From assembly GCF_001194135.2 (NCBI RefSeq), contig NC_068984.1:6137441-6197035 (forward strand): a DNA stretch of 59,595 nt, in the 5' to 3' direction. Positions 38,462 through 50,712 of the stretch are shown here, piece after piece. The translations under genes were made by a program, and so were the position numbers. Source of the DNA: Octopus bimaculoides (Eukaryota). The notes under the pieces were generated by a model that saw only the letters and a list, made by a program, of their open reading frames with translations, had not been told where the DNA came from and ran no database searches. Numbering within the stretch: position 1 is the stretch's first letter; the number at the start of each line of letters is the position of its first letter.

Positions 38462-38810
38462 TTGGACAGGTTGTCATTGTTTAGCACCAGGTAAGGCCTG
38501 GTTAAGCAGGCCTGTGATCAAAAGCAGTTCAGCAATGACTATCCTTCCTTTATTTAAAGTATAATATATCCAAGACTGGATATAATCCTAGATACAATAT
38601 GTCTCCTTCCATTTTAAAGAAGGTAAGGTGTGATTTGAGGTAACTAGGCTGCTATTTCAAAAAAGTTGAGTGATACCATAGAACAGTGACCTCCTCATCA
38701 CATCCCGTAATGTATCCTTTCTCTTTTTTTAAGACAGTACAGTATTATTTGAAGGTGATTTGACTACTACTTCTAGCATATTGACCAACCATGTAGGAAC
38801 TTTCTTGTTC
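38462..38810 (-). mobile_element. Two adjacent repeat family D copies
   Basis: GGTGTGATTTGAGGTAACTAGGCTGCTATTTC (38627-38658) and GAAGGTGATTTGACTACTACTTCTAGCA (38751-38778). Confidence 0.65.
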
Positions 38811-39143
38811 AATGTAGGCATGTATTTAAACAAATAAGATCAGTGTTAACAACAGGTGACCACAGAATACACTTTTAGCAAATATTTAAGCTCAGTTTCT
38901 CATATTTGGGAATACCATTCCATCTAATTGTTTAGTTCCAGGTCAAATGTCATTCTAATGACTGAAGGTCATGGTGAGAACATTTTGGAATCAAAGATGT
39001 GTCTAACGAAAGATATCTAGGGGTATAGTAACAATCACAACAACAACACATTGTCATGTTCCTATCAAATAAAAAAAAATAAAAATCCACAATAAACCAC
39101 ATTTATTTCAAAGAGTGTCAGAGACTAAGAAGTTCCCAGTGTG

Positions 39144-39179
<36 letters not shown>

Positions 39180-39707
39180 AGGCCTAAGTTCCTGTTCTTG
39201 CATAATTTATTGGAAAAATATCTAATTTCTCCTTCCATAAAATATCCAACTAACTGTAATTAGGTACTGTGTGGAAAAGCAGTTTATTGATGTAAATGGT
39301 GCAGAGTAGTGTGTACGAGATAATGACAATATTGAGTTCAAATCTTTCTTTAGCTTGATGTAGAGAAATGAGTAACTAATGTGATTATTAAGCACCAAAA
39401 CATTTTGAAATCAGTGGCTAGAATACCAGCAGTTCCATATGACAGCAAACTTGTTCATGTAAAAAGGCACACATCAGAATATATGAAGATCTTTTACATA
39501 TGGGATAATGAAAACATATTTAGAGGGAAATATTGTAGTTTAGACCCAGGTAGAACTGATAAAAGTGACCAGTGACCAAAAGCATTCCAGCTGTGAGCAT
39601 CTCATCTTTTTATGCCTGCTTAAGATGAGTTATGATTTGAAAAGATTTAAGTTCTTAATTTTACCAAGTTAAGCAACCCCATAGAAATTCCCTGCTTTAC
39701 TTGAATG

Positions 39708-39955
39708 TGGTGACTGTCTTTTGATTGACAGCAATGTGAAGAAGTAGGTGTCACTTCAGTTGTATAATTACTATCGGCAGATAATGTCATTGGTGATTGT
39801 CTTTTGATTAACAACAATGAGAAGAAGTAGGTGTCACTTGAGTTGTATTTACAGTAAACAGACAATATCATTAGTGAACAGCTTTTGATTGACAATAACA
39901 TAACGAAGTAGGTGTCACTTTAGCTGTATTTATTGCAGAAAGCTCATGCCATTGA
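39708..39955. repeat. Minisatellite, three units of 81-83 bp
   Basis: CTTTTGATT starts at 39718, 39801 and 39882; invariant GAAGTAGGTGTCACTT in all three units. Confidence 0.9.
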
Positions 39956-40864
39956 AATGTTCAGGGCTCACAAGGGTTTCTGTTGTTACGTAACTACAAA
40001 TGCTAAACGTCACAATTTCTGATGGTCTTTTACAATGACCCAGCACATATAACATTGCCTAAACTATGCCATGAAAACTACGATTCTTCTTTAGAATCTT
40101 CTTGCCAATCTAACAACATCTCACCATCAAGGTCCACATCAAACACTTTGTCTAGTACCTTCTCACCAGAACTACAACCCCCTAGAGTTCAACTTCCATT
40201 GACATACAGATGTATCAACTCAATGTTGATACATTAACCACCTCACCAGCTTCAAAGAAACTCAAAAGAACATATATGCTGCCCCTTCCCCTCAGATTTA
40301 TTAGAACAACATTAGTATCATTACAACTATATCATTCTTATGAGAAGTTAATATAATAAGAAGAAGCTATTTAGTTATTTTAACATGTTCTTATCTTCAT
40401 ATAAAGCTGAAATGTAATTTCTAACACTAAATTGTATGTTTATTCCAGAGAAACTGCCTCAGACTACTGGCAGGTTTCTTCAACATTTTTATCTCTTTCA
40501 ATGACTCTGTCTTATCATTTCAAGCCTGTGGCTTAATCTTCACTATCATTTTTGTACAATGTCCAAATAATAATGGTTTTTATCCATTTATTTACTTATT
40601 TATTTCGTATCACTTTCTTTCACCTGACAAAGTGCTGAAATCAAACAGTTCCACCAAGTTACAAAACTTTGTTGATAGAATTTTACTAGGTTGTGATTAA
40701 AGAATTCTAATATAGTAATGGAACTTTCACCAATAGACAGTGGTTTTAATAAAGTTTTAGTTTTTAGAGGGCAAGGACATTTTTTTATTTTCCTTATTTG
40801 GAAACATTGTGGGAGATATTATTACTATTAATAGCAGCTAAATAAAAGTTTGTTCAAAATTTGA

Positions 40865-41040
40865 TGATGTTGTTGTCATTGTTTAACCCCAGTCAGCTTT
40901 AATTGAGCAGAAAATGTTTTCGCTATATATTGAACTACAATGTTCCAGGAGTCCCTTCCCTTTTATATGAAATTAGGGTGTGATTTGAAGGCATTTGGTG
41001 ACTATTTCTAGGAGGCTGAGCAAGCATCTGCATAGCAGAT
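40865..41040 (-). mobile_element. Repeat family D copy
   Basis: TGTTGTTGTCATTGTTTAACCCCAG...AGGGTGTGATTTGAAGGCATTTGGTGACTATTTCTAGGAGG. Confidence 0.65.
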
Positions 41041-42082
41041 CTTTTGTTTGTTAAAACATTGATGCATCTTAGTTTTTGATAATCAAATACAAATCAGATT
41101 TGCGGGCAGCATACGAGGAGGTACCTAAAAGTAACTGGAAACGTTCACTGTGGGACAAGCCCATTATAGTTCAGGCTTCCACCACTAGAACTCCCTCATT
41201 GACCAAACACTACATATTAGAGGAGGTTTCAAATAATAGTATAGCACAGTCAAGGGTGGTGCCCCAGCATGACCACAGCTTTGAAGCTTAAACATTTAAA
41301 AAATTTAAAGGTAAAGATTTATACACACACACACACAGATATATGTATACATACACACATACACACACACAATGAGATATACTTATATATAGAGAAAGGA
41401 ATATAGAAGTTATGAGTGGAGGTTCCAAAGACAGACAGACAGACAGATGGCAACTTTTCCAGTTTGTATATTGTGATATAATCATAACATATCTCATAAA
41501 TCTGTTCACACATATTATTGGTGTGTGTCTCAGGTTGGTGAGACGATTTCTGGGGAAGGGAAATGAAGTGCAGTGTGTGGGACAGTGGCAGGGTTGGAGA
41601 GGAGATACGAGATGGTACAGGAAACAAAAGGTTGAAACAGTTGAGGCTAGTGGAAGGAGGAACGTTATTTTTGTTTTTCTTTGTGTGGGCTTCTTTGATT
41701 TTATCTTTGATTTTATCTTTCATTTAGTTGTCTTTGAATTTCAAAATTTAGTTTCACAACCATGTTGTTTATGGCCAAACACATTTTGTGGAAAATAACT
41801 CATTTTCTTCTTTACTTCATAAAAAAAAAAGAATTAAATAAAAATATGTAACAAATAACATCATGTATGAAGATATTGATATAACTGTTGAAGATTATGA
41901 TGATGAGAATGATGATGAATTTAATGATGAATGAGAAGATAATGTTAACAGTGATCATAAAGACAATGACTTCTTTTATTGGTCAAAAAGTTGGGGACAG
42001 TACAAAGGTGAAATAAACAAGAAATATTAGGTGAGTGGGTTATATTGTTGAGTAAAAGGGCAAGATTAGCAAAACATTCATT

Positions 42083-43345
42083 AATAATTCATTAACAAAA
42101 ACAATAACTATAAAATAAGGCATAGAGCTACAAAATAACAAGAATGGAACATGAAGGAGGAAGCAACCACATAAGGTAACCTGAGGCAACACCCAAGAAC
42201 AATCCTGAATTACCCTGATATACCAAAGACAAATTCCTTCTTTGAGGTTTTAGAGTTAAATTATAGTCACAGAGTTAGTGTTGGTGCATTTAGCCACATC
42301 TGCCCACCTTTCATAAAATTTACTGGAATGAAGTACCCCCATCTTTATTCTTGCCTTCTTCTCAAGTAATGCTTGCAAAGCGTAATGAAGGCTTCACCTG
42401 AGAGGAAAAGCTTTGCCCTTGAGCCTTTCAGTGGCCTCAACCAGAAAACCTTCTGCACCATTAACATAGAGAAAAATTACTTTCATTTCCTTGCCAAAGG
42501 TAGTAAGTTGATTTTTACAATAGTCTCTGCTGATAGCTAGATCAATCCTACACGAAATAACTGTTTCTTATAGACCCACAAATCAGCAATGCAGAAACGG
42601 TTCTCCAGAAGAAACTATTTCCATTGTCCTTCTTGATGCCCAGAATCACACATGGGTCATAATTATCTATACCATCTAAAGATACTCTTATATAGGGTGA
42701 GTATTGACAGTTCACTGGCTGCATTGTCAAGCTGGTAGAATGCAGTGAGTGCTGCTAATATTCCAGATGCCAAATACCAAGTTTTGGTCAGTGCTTGACT
42801 TAAAACTGCAGCTTGAACAAAAAGACAAACTGCAGAAACACATGTTACACAAACAGGGACTATACTTGTTCACTATCACCTCTGCAAAAGTGCCAAGCTA
42901 ATCACGAGCCTGCACATTGGCTATAACATCTTAAAGCACACAGGAGTGGACACCGGCAATAAATAAACCTTCCACAAAAAGCTAAAATAGCATATATTCC
43001 AAACTAGCCAGATATCTCCTAAGACAAGGTACAATAGCCAGGAGGTAGTACATCACCATAGCAATGTAGGCATTAACCAATTCTACCCAAACTTTCAAGA
43101 ACAGATTTCTTTCAGCCTATTTCTGCGTGGGGCTGGTCACTCTGCTTCTAAACTAGTCCAGTTTTTCTTTCACTTGGAGGTCTGATCCAAACCAGAATCC
43201 AAACATTAACTGAGCCCTTAGTTCAGCAACAGAAGCTGCCTTCTTGAATGGAGAATGCTAATGATGTATGGTAAGGTGAAGGTCATCGTGGATTCACCTG
43301 CCAGGGACCAAACAAGCTTGTGCATTTCTGACTAGGATTTCAATG
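42083..43345 (-). mobile_element. Decayed, internally deleted Tx1/L1-clade LINE (ORF2 remnant plus 3'UTR)
   Basis: Minus-strand peptides in colinear order: AQACLVPGR*IHDDLHL (RT Q.C.VPGR.I.DN.HL motif); GFWFGSDLQVKEKLD*FRSRVTSPTQK*AERNLFLKVWVELVNAYIAMVMYY (post-RT NWE..KW.ER.LSL.GR..V.N.YI region); CIADLWVY; SSKFYERWADVAK (C-terminus). Many stops and frameshifts. Confidence 0.8.
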
Positions 43346-43440
43346 ACAAGAACTAACCTTTGGCAAATCTTTAACTATACTAAGCAGAGTCATGGATATC
43401 TGTCATGGATATGAGACACTCATAAATCTAAATGAACCTA

Positions 43441-43553
43441 AATAATTCATTAACAAATAACAACAACTATAAAATAATGCATAGGAATACAAAATAACAA
43501 GAATGGGACAAGAGGGAGGATGCAAGCACATAGAATTATCTCAGGCAACACCC
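43441..43553 (-). repeat. Second copy of the 112-bp 3'-terminal segment of the Tx1-like element
   Basis: About 85% identical (hand alignment, ~17 differences in 113 nt) to 42083-42194, same orientation. Confidence 0.9.
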
Positions 43554-43568
43554 TAAAAGCTTATATTC

Positions 43569-43615
<47 letters not shown>

Positions 43616-45699
43616 AGAGGTCTAATCACTAGTGTACACACACACACACACAAAAGACAAAGAAACTATAATTATTAATGCTGTTATATTTGGGTTCTTA
43701 ATGCTTTAAGTTCAAATCCTGCTGGTGTCAGCAATGCTTGTCATCTTTCTATGGTTTACAAAAGAAAATATCAGTCAAGCACTGAGGTTGATATAATCAA
43801 TTATGCCTCTACCTCAAACTTTCAGGCCTCGTATCGATATAAGAAAAGTTATTATTAGTATTATTATTATTATTGCTGAAACAATAAGCTTTGAAAAGTA
43901 TTTCCATTACACATGAATAAGTTCATTAGGCATTTTTCCTTTCCAATGAGAATACAGCAGCTTATTTTATAGACAGATTTGCCTCAGGGAACCAGTTACA
44001 ATGATTGGTTTTGTTGCTTATGATAACTAAAGAATTAATCAAGTGGACAGGCCATTCAGGCAGGAAGAACACACAACTCTTTGAAAGGAGAAATTGTGGA
44101 TTTTAAAAGAAATTAAGCATTGTTTTCTTCCTTACCCTTTGGTTCTTTTTACATAAAACTCAACAGTTCTGCTTTAATAGTTTACAAAGCAATATTGCTT
44201 GATTGCAACTGTTTGGCTTACACACAAACACAGAGCATATTCATGCTGGGTTTCTGAACAGTTTCCATCTACTAAATTTCATTCATAAAGTATTAGAGAA
44301 CTCAGACTTTGAAGACACTTGTCCAAATTACTGTATAATGGAAGTAAACCGGGAACCAAGTGGCAGCAAAGCAAACTTCTTAACTACACTTACACACCAC
44401 CACCACCACCACTACCATTTTTACATCCATTTTGATGCTGGCATTGGCTAGATGAAACTTGAGTCTGATTTCCTATAGCCAGATGCTCTTCCTGTCACCA
44501 ACTGAAGCTTGTTTTTCAAGTGAAGTATTTATACTTCACTGATTCTCCCATGTTGAAACCAATGAAGCTACTGAAACTACAAAAATTTAGTTTACATGAA
44601 AATGTTAACAATGTCACCATTTTCGCTCAGCAGTAATGAAAACATGGAATCCACATATGAGAAGCTTTCTCACAGTTTCCATATAACAATTTTACTCACA
44701 AGTTATTGGTCAATCCAAGACTGTAATAGAGATACACAACTCATAATTATAGATAATTACTATGAGTTGAGGATGTTTGTCTACTGAATTTAACTACTAT
44801 AAATTTGTATGGGACAGTGGGGACCAGTGTGGTATCATTGAGCCCTATCACAAACCAGACATTTGTTGTCTTACAAAGATGAAGTGCTGTATGACATTTA
44901 GTATTGATTTCTACATTCATGCTTCTTGTTGAAAATTGTTGATACGAACCTATTTGAAAATACCCCTGGTTCTATGACAAACTGTTTATTTTAAAGTGAT
45001 CTAAACTACAAAATGCTAAGAATGTCGTTCTGCATAAAATCATGTAGTTCTGAATATTCCTAAAACGATGGGATTGGCACAGGTGGAATGAGTTTGATCA
45101 TAGGTCTACTGGAGCTGATTAGGCCTTAGTGCTAAACAACAGCAACAACCTAAAACTGATGAAGGGGGTAAATTTTAATAAGATGCAGTAGGAGAGGCTA
45201 CACCCTTCATCTTTACAGGGCTCCTTTCCTTAACTGGAAATGTCATTGCAGTGTGTGGACCCATCACAGGTCTCTTTCCTGACTGGGAATGTCAGTGTGG
45301 TTTGTTTTTAAGAGGACCAGCATTTGACAAATTTAGTTTCTCTTTCCTAAATTCCACGTCAAAATCTTGCTGGGTTAAATTTTCATCCAGGCAGATGATG
45401 ATGATGATGATAATGATAATGATGATAATGATGATGATGATTACAAAGACTAGCACTGATTGAGCAAGCTATTACTTCTTACTTACAAATGTCTACCCAT
45501 GTACAATTATATGAAATGTTCAGTATTATTATGGTAAACTTATATTGACAAAAACATTATCATCATTTATCATCATGTCAAAGTAATGATGATATTCTCA
45601 GCTAACAATGCATTACTTTTAAAAGGCTCCAACAGAAGTTGGAAATTGTTGGTATCTATGACATGGATTTCTGTAGTCAAGCCATTATTACTCCCATAT

Positions 45700-45950
45700 G
45701 GAATGGCATGATGAGACAGTGAGAGTATTCCAGTGTGTAGTTTATTTGCCTTGATCTGGCAGCTACTTTGCAATTTGAGGAGCCAATTTGGAAGTTTCTT
45801 TATGCTTATAATATACTGACAACTTGCTGGAGGATACTGGCATGGAAGGAGTACAGGAGCTGAGGACCATTATGGAAGAACAAGATGAATGGGGAGAATG
45901 TGTAGAAACAGTTTTGAGGCATCCTGAAGAGCAACCTAGATAGATAGATT
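45700..45950 (+). mobile_element. RTE/RTE-X-type LINE 3' end with (TAGA)n tail
   Basis: 45812-45943 reads YTDNLLEDTGMEGVQELRTIMEEQDEWGECVETVLRHPEEQPR*, matching the TY.D.L..DTG...EL...M.DR..W RTE C-terminal pattern; followed by TAGATAGATAGAT. Confidence 0.7.
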
Positions 45951-46253
45951 CATGCTTATGTAGCATGCTAGAAATAACATCTCACTAAAAGTAAGTTCAT
46001 ACTGGATAATGTAGTCCTGAATATAAAAAAAAGACAGGATAGACATGGTTGGAATCACCTTTGATCATAAGACCACAAGACCATTGCTTACCTGGAGTTA
46101 TATTTTTTTCAACCAGGCTATCAGATGGTTACAATATGCTTCCATTCTTCTCATGGTTGCACCCTTCTCTTCCATGTCTGACCTAGATGAACTTGTGCTT
46201 TTAGTACTCTGCAAGCATATGGTTCATTCCATTCCATTCACAAATTAAATTCA

Positions 46254-46680
46254 GGAACCCGTGGTAGAGGGGAGACCCAAGAAGACATGGGATGAGGTGG
46301 TGAAGTATGACCTTTGACCGTTGGGTCTCACAGAGGCAATGTTGAAAGACTGAGGCCTCTGGAGATATGCTGTGATTGAGAAGACCCGGCATGTAAATTG
46401 AGATCACAGCTGTAGCCTACACCAGTGTCACATGATCAGCCCATTTAAAAAGTACCTTTGAATCGTTGGGCAAAATTCCGTGCTTGAGGAGACCTATTGA
46501 GTCAAGTAAAATCAAAATCAAATCACAATCAAATGGAAATTGTAGTTGTAGCCAATGCCAGCGCCACCTGACTGTCTCCTGTGCTGGTGGCACGCAATAA
46601 GCACCATGCATGTGTGGGTCATTGCCAGTGCCACCTGACTGGCTGCCCATACCAGTGGAATGTAAAGAGTACCATCATCC
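46254..46680 (+). mobile_element. RTE LINE ORF C-terminus and 3'UTR
   Basis: GTRGRG(+1)RPKKTWDEVVKYDL*PLGLTEAMLKD*GLWRYAVIEKTRHVN* (46254-46400), the typical GRP.KTW...V..D...W RTE end. Downstream UTR sub-repeats are shared with the (GAT)n-tailed fragments, suggesting this is their parent family. Confidence 0.9.
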
Positions 46681-47523
46681 ATGTAATTATAATTATTTTT
46701 ATATAGCTCCACTACAATGGAGATATATAGTAACAACTACCAATCTACAGATCGCTGTTGACTATTTATCATCTGTTTGTCTTTAGAAATTGTGTTGTCA
46801 TATAAGTTCCAATGAAAGAATTAGATACAGGGCTTTATAAGACAGTGTTTTCGGATATTGGCCATTGTATAACATTAGTATTTAGGGTTAACTTAGCTGA
46901 CATTTAAACTCAGAATCTAGAAACATCATAACGTTTTGTTTTATTTGATAGCATTTTATTTTTTGTTAATTCTCCAGTAATTTTTATATAAACTATATTG
47001 CACATTATCTTTTACTCCGTGCTTTCACAAGGATGACATGTCTCAAATTTAATTACAGATATGTTTAAATATATTTTATTTTATAACTGGTTTTGTAAAC
47101 AACAATGTTATCGATAATAGAATTCCAACTGGTTAACTGTATTCCCACTGATGAAAATGACAAGAAATTAATTGCTTGGACAACTTGCTTGGGAGCAGAT
47201 ATCATACAAGGATCTTTAATGAAAATGTTTATCACATTTTTGCTGCTATACATCACCAAAAGCCAGGCATACACATCATGTAATGACTTTTCATACAGTT
47301 TCTGTCCACCTAATCTACTGAGAAAACAATGGCCAACCTAAGATTATAGTAGTTCATACTTGTTCAAAGTTCTGTGCAATGGGATCAAATCTAGGGTTAC
47401 AGTTATGGAATATAGTTCTATAAGGGGACTTTTAATATCTGTCACTGGCATCATTGAGGTAAGGAAAAAATTATCTGTGACACAGCTAATTGACACATTA
47501 TTAATTAGCATAATAGCATAGCC

Positions 47524-48370
47524 TGGAAAAATGCAAGCAAAAGATATAATATTCTTAAGATTATAAACCTGGAAAAGTACAGGACAAGTTGTTACACTTG
47601 GAAAAATTCAGGGCAACTTATTACATCTGGTAAAGTACAGAACAAGTACATGAAATATTGCAGCTAAGGATAAAATTTGAATATTAAAATTTATTTGATT
47701 TTAATTTACAAAGTAAGATTATAATTAAAAAAGGTCATTTTGTTAAAATATTGACAAAATAGAATACTTAAAGAATGAGAGCCAGAAGTACCAATATAGC
47801 TAAAGTTTTATGCAAAGTAGAATAGTATATATAGTAGGCAGATTATGTGAAAAATAGGTATTGGGCCATGACTAAAAGTGTGAAGACTTGGCAGTAACTT
47901 AGGCAATAACTCAAGCAAATTTTACAGTGAATAGTGAATTTGTTGTTATAGGTAGATTTTACTGTAATATATAACTAATTTCTGTATTATTCTATTTCTG
48001 TATTATTCTATTTATTGTACTAATTATGTACTACTATTATTTTTTATAACCTATTTTCGAATTTCTAATTATTAATTAATAATTAAAAGAATGAATTTTT
48101 GTAAAGTGCAAAAAATATTTTGAGTTATTTTTTATTTTTAATAGAAGTAACAAGTAATAACAAATAGAATAACTTGTAATAAAATTTTTAGCTTTAATAA
48201 AAGCTAATATTTTCTAAATGTTAAATATTTTATTTGAAATTTTATCCTTAGCTGCAATATTTTAAATAAAAATTTTCTCGTCCTGAACTTTTCCAAGTGT
48301 AATAACTTGTCCTGTAATTTTCTAGGTTTATAATCTTAAGAATATTATTTCTCTTGCTCACATTTTTCCA
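47524..48370. mobile_element. Foldback-type non-autonomous DNA element with long inverted arms
   Basis: Left arm 47524-47678 is the reverse complement of right arm 48237-48370; 29-bp subterminal repeats start at 47568, 47597 and 47626; no clear TSD. Confidence 0.8.
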
Positions 48371-49869
48371 CGTAATATATTAGGTTGTAATGTTGATGGC
48401 AAAATATTTTAAAGTTGTTTTCACAAATAAAAGATTGCTATTTCTCTTTCTCTATTCCACTTGTGAATGCTATATGCTAATAATAAGCATTTACACTAGA
48501 CATTGAAGACTAATACTTACAAGTACCCTATATCTTGTGGGTCAGGGTTATGCTTAGGGTACAGTAGACAAACAACACCAAGTTTACAATGACAACTGTT
48601 GTGATGATCTCTTCATTGTAGGAAGAACAACTTCATAGAAAGATACAACTCTAATTCCACATCTTTCTACAGAATTGATTGATTCCTATATATAATCTAA
48701 CGCTCAATAGACTTTGATTAATACATTCACTTCAAATGTTATGTCTCAGTGACTAAAGAAAATTGTGGTTGACGCAAGCAGTGTAATTAATGCTAGGTAA
48801 GCAACAGGTATTGCAATCCTAATTGCTAGTGTTGCTCTATTAGACATTGCCAATCTAAAACCTTCCACATGAAAGCTCACAAATGTTACAGTCTTAGCCT
48901 GTTATTGAAGCAATTATTGATATCCAACACATATCATTATAATAATATGAAACTCAGACACAGGAACTGTCTGTTAAACATTTGTTAGAGGGGCAGTAAA
49001 TGTTGAAGAAAAATTAAAAGCGTCTTAATTTCACATTTAACCCATTTAACAAATGAAATCTGAAATATTGGAGCAGAAATAGCAAATGTAATTTGAGGCC
49101 AGACAGTTGATATGTGCTAATTCCGTTAATGAATGATCAAACTGTTTTACTGATACAAACGGTATATTATCAGAATCAATGCATCATCTCTTAGAAGTGA
49201 CTGGAAACATGTAAAAGAATCTTTTTCACAAAGTTAGGATTCGTATGCAGAAAGACGTCTTGACAATTCTCAAGTTATGAATTGCTTAATTGATTAGAGT
49301 AAAAAATCTGCAATCTGAGGAACCAAATTTTAAGAGGAAAGCTATGTCAGCAACCATGATTTAATTCCAGGAGAGTTTGTAGATCTTAAAATTTAGTTAC
49401 TATGAGGAATGGAAAAAAATCTCATATTATAGATTGAGGTTCTTCAACATAAGGCTGTTTGTTTGGTGCCATTCCTTAAACTCAGTTTTGACTGGTGAGG
49501 AATCTGAAGCTATTTAGTATTTTGTTCAATATCTTAAAGTTATAGAAACACAAGACTGTTCTTCCAGGATGCTAACAGCTTAACCACTTAACCATTGCAA
49601 CTATTTCCCTGAAACATATGGCATGTAACATATCTATTGCATGTTGTACACATAAGTGACATGTAACATATGGCTGCCATGTAGCATAAATACAAATTTT
49701 CAACATGTCAAATACAAAGAGACCCAGCATACACTGTGAAGTGGTTGGTGTTAGGAAGAACATCAAGCTAAGTCAGACTGGAACCTGGTACAGCTGTAGT
49801 CAAACCATTCAACTTATGCCAGCATGGAAAACAAATGTTAAATGATGATGATAATGAGTGATAGCTGAC

Positions 49870-50045
49870 ATAGATGCAATGCTTTGACTTCAGGGGATGG
49901 ATAAATCATACTGATTCCAGGACTTGACTGGTACTTTATTTTATCAACTCTAGAAAGATGAAAGTCAAATTTGACCTTGATGGAATTTGAAATCAGAATC
50001 TAAAGTACCAGAGTTTATTATCGCAAAGCATTTGCCCAATGCTCT
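49870..50045 (-). mobile_element. SINE family A, diverged copy
   Basis: CTGGTACTTTATTTTATCAACTCTAGAAAGATGAAAGTCAAATTTGACC...GGAATTTGAAATCAGAAT. Confidence 0.75.
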
Positions 50046-50414
50046 AATGAGATAAACTACTTTACTGATACAGAATAACACTGTGCAAAGTAATGTTGTT
50101 ATTTTGGATTGTGTAAAAAAAAAAAAATGGCAGGCAGAAAAACATATCAATAGTCAGTGTACTGAAAAGAGAAATTGTGACAATGAGGCAAAAATCTTTC
50201 AGGGATTATTCATTTGAAGAGTAATAAGGACTGGGGAAAGAAGTAAAAAAGGAGCTGCAATGGATGAAATTAATTTCTTTTAAGATAGTGAAAAGTGCTT
50301 CCTTAATTCGTAATTATCTGATTCCCTGACTAAACTGATTTCTAACAGCACAAGGACAGGAATTTCAAAGGAGGACTAGTATCAGATATATTGTCTTTAG
50401 CATATTGAGTGAAG

Positions 50415-50712
50415 GTGCAAGGCCAAATGGTAAGGCTGTTAGGCTCACAATCATAAGGCTATGGGTTTGATTTCTGGACTGGACAGTGCATGGTGACCTT
50501 AAGCAAGGTGTATCATTTCAAGTTGCTCCAGTTGACTAAACTGAAAATGAGTACTAACCCTCCCTTCAGTTGTCACATCCTTGATGTTTCACCGAGTAAA
50601 GAGTGGGAGGGTCAAGAAGGTGTTTACACCTGTTAGAAACTACTATGGCACCTAAAAACAATTAGCAAAAGCATGGTGCAAGTTACTCAGTCAGATTCAA
50701 GAGTAATGGCTA
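50415..50712 (+). mobile_element. tRNA-SINE family C-like, diverged
   Basis: GGCCAAATGGTAAGG...GGGTTTGATTTC...CCTTAAGCAAGG...TTGCTCCAGTTGACTAAACTG. Confidence 0.7.

Noticed and set aside
39144-39177. 34-nt poly(A) as the tail of a processed retrocopy
   Set aside because: No upstream ORF or element body and no TSD seen.
39708-39955. C2H2 zinc-finger array (84-nt period) or CRISPR array
   Set aside because: Periods are 83 and 81 nt (frame-breaking), with no CxxC/HxxxH or TGEKP in any frame. Units are homologous throughout, with no unique spacers, and the genome is eukaryotic.
48480-49200. Decayed Helitron helicase or Gypsy pol (CDDLFIVG, IVVDAS, GIAILIAS)
   Set aside because: The motifs fit either class only partially, the spacing is inconsistent, and there are many stops; it cannot be assigned without tBLASTx.
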